64,000 bases of DNA from an uncultured Chloroflexia bacterium (GCA_963728205.1 CAVSIV010000001.1:992001-1056000), one strand, 5' to 3'. Shown: positions 1 to 10,391, counted from the stretch's first letter. Numbers and translations are program-made. Notes: generated from the letters alone by a model not told the origin.

Positions 1-795
1 AGGACCACAACGGCTTCAGCCACCAGGACCCGGGGTTCATCGACCACGTCATGAACAAGAAGGGCGAGATCGTCCGCGTCTACCTGCCGCCCGACGCGAA
101 CACGCTGCTGTCGGTCGCCGATCACTGCCTGCGCAGCCGGCACTACGTCAACGTGATCGTCGCCGGCAAGCAGCCGCAGATGCAGTTCCTCGACATGGAC
201 GCGGCGGTGCGCCACTGCGACGAAGGGCGTCGGCATCTGGGACTGGGCGTCCAACGACCACGGCGCGGAGCCCGACGTCGTGATGGCGTGCGCCGGCGAC
301 GTGCCGACGGTCGAGACGCTCGCGGCCGTCGACCTGCTGCGACGCAACGTGCCCGACCTCAAGATCCGCGTCGTGAACGTCGTCGACCTGATGACGCTGC
401 AGCCGCACGAGGAGCACCCGCACGGGCTCTCGGATCACGAGTTCGACAGCCTGTTCACGACCGACCGGCCGATCATCTTCGCGTTCCACGGCTACCCGTG
501 GCTGATCCACCGCCTGACGTACCGGCGCACGAACCACGACAACCTGCACGTGCGCGGCTACAAGGAGGAGGGCACGACCACGACGCCGTTCGACATGGTG
601 GTGCTCAACGACCTCGACCGGTTCCACCTCGCGCTCGACGTGATCGACCGCGTGCCGCGGCTGCAGGACACCGCCGCGCACTTTGCCGAGGAGCTGCGCG
701 ACAGGCTGATCGAGCACAAGCAGTACATCCACGCGCACGGCGAGGACATGCCCGAGGTGCGCGACTGGAAGTGGACGGGGTTCGACGCGGGGTAG
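1..795 (+). CDS. xfp: Phosphoketolase (XFP), 3' part; 1-nt frameshift near 219
   Basis: [12 protein letters not shown] at window start, [10 protein letters not shown], then after a +1 shift [11 protein letters not shown]...ACAGDVPT...[11 protein letters not shown]...[14 protein letters not shown]. Confidence 0.93.
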
Positions 796-860
796 GTAGG
801 GCGAGCGAGCGCCGCCCGCAAGATTGCAGGGGTGCGAGTCGGATCGTCATTGGATACACT

Positions 861-887
861 TCCGCATGCATTGTGAATGCATGCGGA
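861..887. promoter_or_regulatory. Perfect 12-bp inverted repeat, probable toxin-antitoxin operator
   Basis: tccgcatgcatt-gtg-aatgcatgcgga directly upstream of the antitoxin ATG, overlapping the ggagg SD. Confidence 0.7.
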
Positions 888-895
888 GGTGCGCC

Positions 896-1153
896 ATGGT
901 CACTCAGCTCACCGTGCGGGACGTGCCTGATGACGTCGTGCAGGCCCTCCGGGAGGAGGCGCAGGCGGAGCGGCGCAGCATGAACGCCGTGGCGCGCGCC
1001 GCGCTTGCGGAGCACGTGCAGCGTCGCGCGCGCCGTGCTGGCCTGACGGCGTACCTGCCCGAGATGGACCGGCTGCGGCGTCGCGTCGCTGAGCGCCTGG
1101 GGTCGGAGCTCAACGATAGCGCGGAGCTGATCCGGGAGGACCGAGACCGGTGA
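896..1153 (+). CDS. vapB: FitA/VapB-like ribbon-helix-helix antitoxin
   Basis: [34 protein letters not shown] (RHH pattern), ends [11 protein letters not shown]; GTGA overlap with PIN gene. Confidence 0.85.
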   Translation: MVTQLTVRDVPDDVVQALREEAQAERRSMNAVARAALAEHVQRRARRAGLTAYLPEMDRLRRRVAERLGSELNDSAELIREDRDR

Positions 1154-1611
1154 CATTGCCGGCCGGCCTCCCGGAGCGGCTCGTCGTGGATGCGTCCGTG
1201 GCCGTGAAGTGGGTGCTCCCCGAGCCCGGGACACTCCAGGCGCGGCGGCTGCTCGAGGCGAGCGCAGACGGCCGGCTCGACCTGATCGCGCCCGACCTCT
1301 TCATTGGCGAGGTGGGCAACGTGCTGTGGAAGCGCTGCCGTCTCCGCGGCGAGCTCGTCGAGGACGAGGCGCGCGCCGCGCTCGAGGCCGTGCTCGCGGT
1401 CGCCCCTGAGCTCGTGCCCTCCGAGGCCCTGGCCGCGCGGGCGCTCGAGCTTGCGTTGGCGTTTCGGCGTCCGATCTCCGACTGCCTCTACGTCGCGCTC
1501 GCGCTGCGCGATCACTGCTCGCTCGTCACCGCCGATTCACGGCTCGCCACCGCGCTCGGCCCGGCGACCGGCCACGTCGTGCGGCTCGAAGACTTCGTGC
1601 TGCCGGCCTGA
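1150..1611 (+). CDS. vapC: VapC-family PIN-domain toxin
   Basis: VVDASVAVKW...EVGNVLWK...DCLYVALA...LVTAD PIN motifs. Confidence 0.9.
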   Translation: MTLPAGLPERLVVDASVAVKWVLPEPGTLQARRLLEASADGRLDLIAPDLFIGEVGNVLWKRCRLRGELVEDEARAALEAVLAVAPELVPSEALAARALELALAFRRPISDCLYVALALRDHCSLVTADSRLATALGPATGHVVRLEDFVLPA

Positions 1612-1724
1612 CGCGGCCGGGCCGCCGCGGCCCCCTACCGGGCGGCCGCCGGCGCCCGGCAGCCGCCCGGGTCTCGCTCCCAATCCCCCGCGCCCGGACC
1701 GGCGGTGCCTCCGGCCCGCGGCGC

Positions 1725-1931
1725 TCAGTCGCCCGCGGCGGCGTTCGCGAACTCGTCGGCCTGCTTCTCCGCCTCTTCCTTCGCGATGCCGTAGCGCTCC
1801 TGGAGCCGCCCGACGAGCGCCTCGCGGTTGCCCTGGATCTGCTCGAGGTCGTCATCGGTCAGGTCGCCCCAGCGCTGGCGCGCGTTGCCCTTGAGCTGGT
1901 GCCAGTTGCCCTTCATCTGCTCCCAGTTCAT
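1725..1931 (-). CDS. csbD: CsbD-family stress protein
   Basis: MNWEQMKGNWHQLKGNARQRWGDLTDDDL...GRLQERYG; SD ggag upstream. Confidence 0.92.
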   Translation of the reverse strand: MNWEQMKGNWHQLKGNARQRWGDLTDDDLEQIQGNREALVGRLQERYGIAKEEAEKQADEFANAAAGD

Positions 1932-2251
1932 CTGTCCCTCTCCTTTATCTGGTTTGTCTCGCTCGTGACCGGGCCAGCGAGCCGGCGCGCCACGAGGCAT
2001 CGTCGTCGCGTTCGACGCTACCGGCTGTACCGGGACGAAGTCCTCACGGCGCGCGCGCCGGCCTTGCGGTTTCCTGCGTGATCGCACCGTTCCGCGCGCG
2101 ATGCCGGCTCCGGGCGCTCGGCGCGCCTGCTAGATGACATAACGCCAAAGCCGAGGCCTGTCCCGATGTCGCAGAGTTGCAACGAAAGCGCGGGGCGCGT
2201 GGCGAAGACGCAGCCCTCGCTCCCTAGAGTGGAAGGAGAGATTCGGAGGAC

Positions 2252-2551
2252 ATGATGGGTATCGGAATCAGCCTGTTCTTGCTCGCGCTCGGTGCGGTGC
2301 TTACCTGGGCCGTCACGGCGACCGTCCAGGGGATCGACATCACCGCCGTCGGCGTGATCCTGATGATCGTGGGGAGTATCGGACTCGTGCTCAGCATGCT
2401 GTTCTGGGCGAGCTGGGCCCCGTTCTACCGGCGCGACTCGCGTGACCGCGAGGTGCGGGAGGTCCACGAGAATCTAGTCCAACCGAGCATGCCGACAACC
2501 CCACGGCCGGGCGCTCAGCGCCCGGCCGTGTCTGTGTCCGCGAACCGCTGA
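2252..2551 (+). CDS. Small 2-TM membrane protein (DUF6458-like); true stop may be at 2475-2477 if one A is spurious
   Basis: MGIGISLFLLALGAVLTWAV...GIDITAVGVILMIVG; SD ggagg. Confidence 0.75.
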   Translation: MMGIGISLFLLALGAVLTWAVTATVQGIDITAVGVILMIVGSIGLVLSMLFWASWAPFYRRDSRDREVREVHENLVQPSMPTTPRPGAQRPAVSVSANR

Positions 2552-2610
2552 GCCGACAGCCGACAGCCGACCCGGACCGAGGCCCTTCGTCGCGTGCATA
2601 TCCTGAGCGC

Positions 2611-3243
2611 ATGGCCGACAGGCGGTCGGACGTCGAGGCTCTGCTGCCGTCGCGGCTCTCGCTCAAGGGGCTGCGCGAAGCGGCGAACGACTGCCGCGCG
2701 TGTGACCTCTGGAAGCGCGGCACGCAGACCGTGTTCGGCGAGGGGCTGAAGCGCTCCGAGGTGATGCTCGTGGGCGAGCAGCCGGGCGACGTCGAGGACC
2801 GCGAGGGCGAGCCGTTCGTCGGCCCGGCCGGGCGCTTGCTCGACGAGGCGCTGGAGGCGGCCGGCATCGACCGCAGCACCGTCTACGTCACGAACGTCGT
2901 CAAGCACTTCAAGTGGAGCGAGCGCGGGAAGCGTCGCATCCACGAGAAGCCGAACGCGCGGGAGGTCGACGCCTGCCGCCCCTGGCTCGATGCCGAGATC
3001 CGGGTCGTTAGGCCGCGCGTGATCGTCTGCCTCGGCGCGACCGCGGCGCAGGCGCTGCTCGGTCGCGACTTCCGCGTCACCCGGCAGCGCGGCGACCTCA
3101 TCGACTCGCCGCTCGCGGAATTCGTGCTTGCGACCGTCCACCCCGCCGCCGTGCTGCGGGCGCCGGACGACCGCCGCGACGAGGAGCGCGAGGCGTTCAT
3201 CGACGACCTGCGCCGGGTGCCGGCGCTCGTGTCGAAAGACTGA
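2611..3243 (+). CDS. udgX: UdgX-type family 4 uracil-DNA glycosylase
   Basis: CRACDL Fe-S motif, GEQPG, KRRIH R-loop, HPAAVLR. Confidence 0.88.
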   Translation: MADRRSDVEALLPSRLSLKGLREAANDCRACDLWKRGTQTVFGEGLKRSEVMLVGEQPGDVEDREGEPFVGPAGRLLDEALEAAGIDRSTVYVTNVVKHFKWSERGKRRIHEKPNAREVDACRPWLDAEIRVVRPRVIVCLGATAAQALLGRDFRVTRQRGDLIDSPLAEFVLATVHPAAVLRAPDDRRDEEREAFIDDLRRVPALVSKD

Positions 3244-3375
3244 CCCTCCGGCGCACCGCCGTTCTCCTGTAACCCGATCGTCACCGCTCGCCGGTTCCGC
3301 TCACGCGTTCGATCTGGCGTCGCGGCTAGCGTGGGTGCATGCCCCCCATGGGGCAGCATCGAGAGGAGCGACGCG

Positions 3376-3630
3376 ATGCCGAACGACAGGCGTCCGTCCG
3401 TCAAGGACGACAGGCAATACAACAAGCTGCGCGACAAGGGCATGAGCAAGGAGAAGGCGGCCCGCATCGCCAACACCGACCGCAGCAAGGCCGGGAAGCG
3501 TGGTGGGTCCTCGCCGCCCTACGAGGAGTGGAACAAGAGCGACCTCTATGACCGCGCGAAGGAAGTCGGGATCGACGGTCGCTCGCAGATGAACAAGGGC
3601 GAGCTGATCGACGCCCTGCGCAACCACTGA
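3376..3630 (+). CDS. Small basic stress protein with Rho-N-like C-terminal domain
   Basis: PSVKD..Y.KLR.KGMSKEKAARIAN and LYDRAKEVGIDGRSQMNKGELIDALR; SD aggag. Confidence 0.8.
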   Translation: MPNDRRPSVKDDRQYNKLRDKGMSKEKAARIANTDRSKAGKRGGSSPPYEEWNKSDLYDRAKEVGIDGRSQMNKGELIDALRNH

Positions 3631-3823
3631 GCGAAGCGCGTCGCGCCGGGCCGTCGCCGGCGTCCGCTGTCCGCCGAGCATCAGTCTCACTGGCACGCAA
3701 TGGACGGCATCTGCTACAAACTGAACGGCGCGATCTGGGTGTCCGTGACCGGGCGGGACGCCGTGTGCCAGCGGGAGCAGAGCCTCCTGCGGTACGGCCG
3801 TGTGTCGCCTGGAACGGAGCACG

Positions 3824-5560
3824 ATGTCCACCGCCCCCGATGACGCGGATCCCCCTGCAGCCGATCAGCGCGCCGCCCGTGCCGCGGTGCTCGACCTGCC
3901 CAACGACATCAAGAAGCTCCGCAATCGCGCGGCGCTGCTCTTCGTCGTCATCAACAACGCGCCGCTCGTGCTCTTCGGCACCGACGCGAGCGGCGTCATC
4001 CGCTTCTCCCGCGGCAAGGCGCTCGAGGCCCTCGGCCTCGAGCAGGACGAGCTCGTGGGCCAGTCCGTCTTCGACCTCTATGTGAACGAGCCGGCGGTGG
4101 CGGACTCCGCCCGCCGCGCGCTCGCCGGCGAGCTCGTCACGGCGCGGCTGCATCTCGACGGCGTCGTGCACGAGACCCGCTTCGGACCGATTCGCGACCG
4201 CGACGGGAACATCGCCGGGATGCTCGGCGTGGCGATCGACATCACCGAGCGCGCCCGGGCGGAAGACGACCTCGAGCGGCGGGCGCTGTTCGACGAAGTG
4301 ACCGGCCTGCCGAACCGCCAGGCGTTCCGCGACGCCGTCGACACGGAGATTGGCCGGCAGGAGGCGGTGGCGCCGTTCGCCGTGCTTGACGTCGGACTCG
4401 ACCGCTTCCGCGACGTGAACAGCACGTACGGATTCGACTACGGCGACCGCGTGCTGGAGCAGGTGGGGCACCGGCTGGGCGAGGCGCTCGGCGATCACGC
4501 GCTGGTCGCGAAGCTGGGGGGCGACGAGTACGGGATCCTCGTGCGGCACCCGTCGAGCATCGGCTCGGCGGACGCGCTGGGCGCGCACGTCATCGCCGCC
4601 TTCGAGGAGCCGGTCGTTGTCGACGACGAGCCGATCGCGATCGAGGCGAGCGTGGGCATCGCGCTGTACCCCGGGCACGGTAACTCGGGGGACTTGCTGA
4701 TGCGCCGCGCGAACACCGCGCTGCACGTCGCGAAGGGGGCGACGGCCGCGGTCGCCGGCTACCGGCGGGAGCGCGACGAGCCGCGCATCAACAACGTCCA
4801 GCTCCTGCGCGAGCTGCGCGAGGCGATCGAGGACGACCAGCTGCTCCTGCACTATCAGCCGAAGGTGCGCCTGAGCGATGGCAGCGTCGCCGGCGTCGAG
4901 GCGCTCATCCGCTGGCAGCACCCGACACGCGGCATGCTGCAGCCCGCCGCGTTCATCCCGCTCTCCGAGCGCACCGGCGTGGTGCGGCGGCTCGCGCCGT
5001 GGGTGATCGAGCGAGCGCTCAAGCGCGCGTTGACCTTGCAGGCGGGCGGCAGATCGGCGCTGCCCATCGCGGTGAACCTCTCGGCTCGCTCGTTCCAGGA
5101 CCGTGCGCTCCCCGACCGGGTGGGCGGCCTGCTCGACCTGTGGGGCGTTCCCGGCCAGCAGCTCGAGATCGAGATCACCGAAACCGCGATCATGTCGGAC
5201 CCCGAGCGCGCGCGGGAGATCTGCGCGCGGCTGCGCGACCTGGGCATCCGCATCGCCATCGACGACTTCGGAACGGGGCACTCGCCGCTCGTGTACCTGC
5301 AGCGGCTCGGCGTGCACGCGATGAAGATCGACATCTCCTTCGTGCGCGACCTCGGCCGCAGCGCCGAGAACCAGGCGATCGTGCAGGCGATCATCGACCT
5401 GGGGAAGCGCCTCGAGGTGGAGACGGTCGCCGAGGGCGTGGAGGACGCGCCGACCTACGAACGGCTGCTGGCCATGGGTTGCGACCAGGTGCAGGGCTTC
5501 CACGTCTCTTGCCCGATGAGCGGCGACGACCTGCTGCGTTGGCGCGACGCGCGCAACTGA
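3824..5560 (+). CDS. PAS-GGDEF-EAL protein (intact EAL, degenerate GGDEF)
   Basis: PAS/PAC ending DITER; GGDEY; EALIRW, EITE, DDFGTG, KID, AEGVE, QG. Confidence 0.93.
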   Translation: MSTAPDDADPPAADQRAARAAVLDLPNDIKKLRNRAALLFVVINNAPLVLFGTDASGVIRFSRGKALEALGLEQDELVGQSVFDLYVNEPAVADSARRALAGELVTARLHLDGVVHETRFGPIRDRDGNIAGMLGVAIDITERARAEDDLERRALFDEVTGLPNRQAFRDAVDTEIGRQEAVAPFAVLDVGLDRFRDVNSTYGFDYGDRVLEQVGHRLGEALGDHALVAKLGGDEYGILVRHPSSIGSADALGAHVIAAFEEPVVVDDEPIAIEASVGIALYPGHGNSGDLLMRRANTALHVAKGATAAVAGYRRERDEPRINNVQLLRELREAIEDDQLLLHYQPKVRLSDGSVAGVEALIRWQHPTRGMLQPAAFIPLSERTGVVRRLAPWVIERALKRALTLQAGGRSALPIAVNLSARSFQDRALPDRVGGLLDLWGVPGQQLEIEITETAIMSDPERAREICARLRDLGIRIAIDDFGTGHSPLVYLQRLGVHAMKIDISFVRDLGRSAENQAIVQAIIDLGKRLEVETVAEGVEDAPTYERLLAMGCDQVQGFHVSCPMSGDDLLRWRDARN

Positions 5561-5575
5561 CTAGGGCGGGAGCGG

Positions 5576-6185
5576 CTACGCCGCGACGCTGTTCAGCGCG
5601 GAACGGAACTGCTCGACGCGCTCGTGCAGGCGCGCCGCGACCGTCGGCTCGACCGGCGCAGGCCCCTCGACGTCGAAGCTGCGCTGCAGGCCATCGGAGT
5701 AGCCCGCGGCCTCGACCACGCCTCGCGCGCTGGCGAGCGCGGCATCGCCGTCGTTGACGCCGCGCTCGTGGTGCCGCGTCACCGTCGCCACGATCTGCTC
5801 CGGCAGGCGCCACGCGGCAAGCATCCTCGCCCCGGCGGCGGCGTGGTCCTCGCCGAAGAGCGCGCGCTCGGCGGCGAGCACCATGCCCTCGCTCTTCGCG
5901 CGTGCGCTGATGGCCGGGTACGCGAGCGGCGCGGCGGCGGCGAGTGCGAGCCGCCCGACGTCGTGCAGCAGCCCCGCGGAGAAGGCGGCGGCGCGGGTCC
6001 ACTTCGACTCCGCGGCGCTTTCGGCCGCGACGGCCGCGGCCAGGCGGAACGATGTAGTCGCGCCGCGCGCGAGCGACGCGCTCGAGGTCCTGCACCACGG
6101 ACTGGATCTGCTCGTGGATGTGCTCGGGGGTTTCCGCGCAGATCGCGACCGCTGGTGCGACCCGGCGAGCAACAGACGCGTTCAT
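5576..6185 (-). CDS. HDOD/HD-domain protein, short and probably frameshifted near 6047
   Basis: AFSAGLLHDVGRL...DHAAAGARMLAAWRLPEQIVATVTRHH; the plausible N-terminus MNASVARR is in another frame. Confidence 0.7.
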
Positions 6186-6249
6186 CGATGAGCTGGCTTC
6201 GCCCACGTGCGCCCTGCGCAGGGCCGGCGGGCAATGTGAGTCAGGAGAG

Positions 6250-6323
6250 TGGCTGGGGACCAGGGATTCGAACCCCGACTGACGGATCCAGAGTCCGCTG
6301 TCCTACCATTAGACGAGTCCCCA
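6250..6323 (-). tRNA. tRNA-Gln(CTG)
   Basis: Cloverleaf tggggac...gtcccca-gcca, anticodon loop ctCTGga, T-loop ttcgaat. Confidence 0.96.
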
Positions 6324-6388
6324 GCGAGGACCCCTAGCCTACCAAGCGAGGCCGTCGCGGTCACGAGGGGCGCCCGCAGAACCCGCGC

Positions 6389-7900
6389 CTACCCCCGCAG
6401 CGCCGTCGCCGCGCGCCGCAGCCGGCCCACCGCCGTCTCGCGCCCCACGATCTCGATCGTCTCGAAGAGCGGCGGCGCGATGCGCTTGCCGGTCACCGCG
6501 ATCCGGCACAGCGTGAACACGTCGCCCGCCTTCTCGCCGATGCCCTCGACCGTCTCACGCATCGCCGCCTCGATCGCGGCCGCCGACCAGTCGCCGAGCG
6601 ACTCCAGCGTCGCAGCGCACGCCTCCAGGCTGCCGGCCGCGCCGGCGGCGTCGTCGCGCCAGCGCTTCGCGGAGAGGAACTCCTCGACCGACGGCGTCGG
6701 CACCTCCGGCAGGAAGAAGAAGTCGACGAGGTCCACCGTCTCGCTGAGCAGCTTCACGCGCTCGCGGATCAGCGGCGTGAACGCGCGCACGAGGTCGCGG
6801 TCGATGGGCCGCGGCACCGACGGCGGGAGGTCCTGCTCGAGCCGCTCCGCGAACAGCTCGGCGAGCCGCTCCTCGGGCGTGTCGCGCAGGTAAACGCCGT
6901 TCATCCACTCGAGCTTCTGCGCGTCGAAGGCCGCGGCCGTCACGCTGACGTCGGCGAAGTCGAACGACGCGATCAGCTGCTCGCGCGTGAGGATCTCGGT
7001 CTTGTCGTCGTACGACCAGCCGAGCATCGCGAGGAAGTTGAACACCGCCTCGGGCAGGTAGCCCTCGGCCGCGTACTCGAGCACCGACTTCGCGCCGTGG
7101 CGCTTCGACAGCTTGCCGCCGTCCGGGCCGAGGATGACCGGCAGGTGCACGAACACCGGCCGCGCGTAGCCGAGCGCGTCGAACACGCGCGCGTGGCGCG
7201 GCGCCGACGGCAGCCACTCCTCGCCGCGCGTGACGTGCGTGACCTCCATCGCGTGGTCGTCGACCGGGTGCGCGAGGTGGTATGTCGGGAAGCCGTCCGA
7301 CTTGAGCAGGACGAAGTCGTCGAAGTTGCGGTTCTCGACGGTGATGTCGCCGCGCAGCAGGTCGTGCACGGTGGTCGCGCCGTCGTCGCGCATGCGGAAG
7401 CGGATCACGTGCGGCTCGCCGGCGGCCGCGCGGCTCGCGGCCTCGTGCGGGGCGATCACGCGGCACAGGCCGTCGTAGCCGGGCGGCTGCTTCGCGGCCT
7501 GCTGCTCCTTGCGCATCTCGGCGAGCCGCTCGGAGCTGCAGAAGCAGCGGTAGGCGTCGCCGGACGCGAGCAGGCGGTCGGCGGCGGCGCGGTAGCCGGG
7601 GAGCCGCTGCGACTGGACATAAGGCGCGAAGGGGCCGCCGATGTCGGGGCCTTCGTCCCAGTCGACGCCGAGCCAGCGCAGCGAGCCGAGGATCTTGTCG
7701 AGCGAGCCGGGGACCTCGCGGGTCTGGTCCGTGTCCTCGAGGCGGATGAAGAACTGCCCGCCGTTGCGGCGCGCGTAGAGCCAGCTCCACAGCGCCTGGC
7801 GGATGTTGCCGACGTGCGGATCGCCCGTCGGAGACGGCGCGTAGCGCACGCGCACGGGGCCGACGGCCGAGGAGAGGTGCGGCGGGGTCGGGGTCGTCAT
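6389..7900 (-). CDS. gltX: Glutamate--tRNA ligase
   Basis: RYAPSPTGDPHVGN (HIGH), RLEDTD, KLSKRHG (KMSKS). Confidence 0.97.
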   Translation of the reverse strand: MTTPTPPHLSSAVGPVRVRYAPSPTGDPHVGNIRQALWSWLYARRNGGQFFIRLEDTDQTREVPGSLDKILGSLRWLGVDWDEGPDIGGPFAPYVQSQRLPGYRAAADRLLASGDAYRCFCSSERLAEMRKEQQAAKQPPGYDGLCRVIAPHEAASRAAAGEPHVIRFRMRDDGATTVHDLLRGDITVENRNFDDFVLLKSDGFPTYHLAHPVDDHAMEVTHVTRGEEWLPSAPRHARVFDALGYARPVFVHLPVILGPDGGKLSKRHGAKSVLEYAAEGYLPEAVFNFLAMLGWSYDDKTEILTREQLIASFDFADVSVTAAAFDAQKLEWMNGVYLRDTPEERLAELFAERLEQDLPPSVPRPIDRDLVRAFTPLIRERVKLLSETVDLVDFFFLPEVPTPSVEEFLSAKRWRDDAAGAAGSLEACAATLESLGDWSAAAIEAAMRETVEGIGEKAGDVFTLCRIAVTGKRIAPPLFETIEIVGRETAVGRLRRAATALRG

Positions 7901-8880
7901 GCCCGGGAGCTACCTCCGTCGACGGCGGCCGCGCCGTCGTCGCAGGCGCCGAGGCCCTCCGACGGCGCGACGCCGTGGCGCGCGCGCAGGATCGCGACGG
8001 CGCGGCGCATGTCGTTCGGCAGCGGCGCCTCGAACTCGCGCCACGCGCCGTTCGACGCGAGCGTGAAGCCCAGCCGCGTGGCATGCAACGCCTGGCGGTC
8101 GATCAGGTCCGACGGGCGGCCGTACATCTGATCGCCGATGATCGGGTGTCCGATGGCCTCCATGTGCACGCGAATCTGATGGGTGCGCCCCGTGAAGATG
8201 CGGACTTCGAGCAGCGCGGCCTCGTCGCCGTACTGCTCCAGCACCCGGTACTGCGTACGCGCCGCCTGGCCCCGCTCCACGACGGCGCGGCGCGTCGGCT
8301 CGGTCGGGTCCGGGCCGAGCGGCGCGTCGATGATGCCCTCGGGCGGCTCCATGCGGCCCTCGACGATGCCGAGGTAGATCTTCAGCGTCGCGCGGACGCG
8401 CCACTGTTCCTTCATCGCGTACTGCGCCGCGTCGGACTTCGCCAGCGCGATCACGCCGGAGGTGTCGCGGTCGAGCCGGTGCACGATGCCGCCGCGCTCG
8501 CTGTCGTCGATCTCGCGGACCTCGGGGTAGTGCGCGCGCACGGCGTTGATCAGCGTCACGGCGTTCATGCCGGGCCGCGGGTGCACGACCAGCCCGGGCT
8601 GCTTGTTCAGGACGAGCGTCTCTTCGTCCTCGTAGATGATGTCGAGCGGGACCTCGGAGGCCTGCAGGTCGAGGTCCGGCACGACGGGTTCGACGACCTC
8701 GATCTGCGCCGTCGGCGCGACGTGCGCGGCCGGCCGCTCGACGATGCGGCCGTCGACGGTGACCTGCCCGTCCTCGATCAGCCGGCGCACCTGCGAGCGC
8801 GACAGCTCGGGCATCGCCGAGACGATCGCGACGTCGAGGCGGGCGTCGTCGCCGGCGGCGAAGTGGCGCTTCGGGATCAC
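7897..8880 (-). CDS. rluD: RluA/RluD-family pseudouridine synthase with S4 domain
   Basis: RLD...SRSQVRRLI, NKQPGLVVHP, HRLDRDTSG, GRTHQIRVH; GTG start with gagg SD. Confidence 0.93.
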   Translation of the reverse strand: MIPKRHFAAGDDARLDVAIVSAMPELSRSQVRRLIEDGQVTVDGRIVERPAAHVAPTAQIEVVEPVVPDLDLQASEVPLDIIYEDEETLVLNKQPGLVVHPRPGMNAVTLINAVRAHYPEVREIDDSERGGIVHRLDRDTSGVIALAKSDAAQYAMKEQWRVRATLKIYLGIVEGRMEPPEGIIDAPLGPDPTEPTRRAVVERGQAARTQYRVLEQYGDEAALLEVRIFTGRTHQIRVHMEAIGHPIIGDQMYGRPSDLIDRQALHATRLGFTLASNGAWREFEAPLPNDMRRAVAILRARHGVAPSEGLGACDDGAAAVDGGSSRA

Positions 8881-9441
8881 GCGTGCGCCTCTGTGCGGTC
8901 GCCGGCGCGCTCGGCCGCGGCCGCTTCGCCGGTCCTCGAGGAAGCTCAGCACGATCAGCACGGTCACGCCGATCACGATCGACGAGTCGGCGACGTTGAA
9001 CGCCGGGTAATGCGTCGGCTTGATGAAGTCGGTGACCGTGACGCGCGTGGCGCGATCGATGAAGTTGCCGAGCGCGCCGCCGAGGACGAGCGTGAACGCG
9101 AGCGTGTAGAGCCGGGACTGCGCCGGCGCCCAGAAGATGAACACGATCACCGCGGCGATCGCGATCACGCTCGAGAGCAGCAGGAAGATCCACGCGCCCT
9201 GCAGGATGCCGAAGGCGGCGCCGGCGTTCTCGACATGCGTGAGGTGGATCAGGTCCCACCCTGCCGGCCACTCGGCGCCGAGCGCGAGGCGGTCGCGCAC
9301 CAGCGCCTTGGTGGCCTGGTCGAGCGCGATGATCACCAGCGCGCCGCCGAAGAACACGACGAGGCGAAGCGGGCTGGCGCGGCGCGTGGCCGGCGGCGTG
9401 GAGCGAGGGGTCGCGGACGGCCCCGGATCGGCGGAGTGCAT
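8877..9441 (-). CDS. lspA: Lipoprotein signal peptidase II (appears fused to rluD through a probable 1-nt indel near 8930)
   Basis: LDQATK, NAGAAFG, GGALGNFIDR, VTDF, PAFNVADSSI. Confidence 0.92.
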
Positions 9442-9636
9442 GCCTCCATCCTACGGGAGCCGGTCCCTGCGATCTGCCGGGGTCTGCGTGGCCGGGGCCA
9501 CGCACGGCCACGGCGAGCAGCGCGCGAGCGCGGCTCGCCTGTTCGGCGTCACGCTCGTAAGGTCGCCGCGCCGGGTGTCGATGGTACGATCGCGGACGTC
9601 TCGCCCCGTTGTGACTCGCCCAGGATGAGGACGGCA

Positions 9637-10242
9637 ATGGCGCTGTTCAGTCGAGATCCGCGCACGATCGAGACCCGCGACGACGGCCGTCCGCGCCTCC
9701 CGCCGGGGCAGCGGCTGACGGACGGCTGGCCGGTGTTGCACTACGGCTCCGTGCCGCGCATCGACCTCGCCACGTGGGAGTTCCGCATCTTCGGCCTCGT
9801 CGAGGAGGAGCGGACGTTCTCGTGGGACGCGTTCATGGCGCTGCCGCAGGTCCGCACGCACAACGACATCCACTGTGTGACCACCTGGAGCAAGTTCGAC
9901 AACGACTGGGAGGGCGTGCGCTTCCGCGACCTCGCCGCGCTCGCGCGGCCGAAGGCCGAGGCGAAGCACGTCATCTTCCACTCGTACGGCGGCTACACGA
10001 CGAACGTCCCGATCGCCGAACTGATGGGCGACGACGTGCTGCTGGCGCACCGCCACAACGGCGAGCCGTTGTCGATCGAGCACGGCTGGCCACTGCGCGG
10101 CGTCGTCCCGCAGCTGTACTTCTGGAAGAGCGCGAAGTGGGTGCGCGGCATGGAGTTCGTCGCCGAGGACCGCCCGGGGTTCTGGGAGATGTACGGCTAC
10201 CACATGCACGGCGATCCGTGGACCGAGGAGCGCTACGGCTAG
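9637..10242 (+). CDS. Sulfite-oxidase-like molybdopterin oxidoreductase (MsrP-like, no signal peptide)
   Basis: RLPPGQ..WPVLHYG, DIHCVTTWSK, HGWPLR, YFWKSAKW, GFWE. Confidence 0.9.
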   Translation: MALFSRDPRTIETRDDGRPRLPPGQRLTDGWPVLHYGSVPRIDLATWEFRIFGLVEEERTFSWDAFMALPQVRTHNDIHCVTTWSKFDNDWEGVRFRDLAALARPKAEAKHVIFHSYGGYTTNVPIAELMGDDVLLAHRHNGEPLSIEHGWPLRGVVPQLYFWKSAKWVRGMEFVAEDRPGFWEMYGYHMHGDPWTEERYG

Positions 10243-10391
10243 CGCACCCTCCGGCGCGTGGACACGCAGCCAACCCGGCGCGCGGCACGCGCCGGCGTCC
10301 CGGCGAGTGTCGCGGGGCGGAGCGCCGGCCGCAGCTCGATCAACGCGTCGGGACGTCCGCGCGTGCCGCGCGCCGAGAGTGTGAGTGGCTC

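Noticed and set aside
1-795. xfp pseudogene or programmed frameshift
   Set aside because: No slippery site, both parts are fully conserved, and similar indels recur across the window.
2551-2571. (AGCCGAC)x3 heptamer repeat
   Set aside because: Too short and single-locus to support a function.
6250-7900. tRNA-Gln directly downstream of gltX
   Set aside because: A common arrangement, consistent with a non-discriminating GluRS; not novel.
7897-9441. Apparent LspA-RluD fusion (514 aa)
   Set aside because: Removing one base near 8930 gives a natural tail EAAAAERAGDRTEAHA with TGA overlapping the rluD GTG and an SD in place, so it is most likely an indel artefact.
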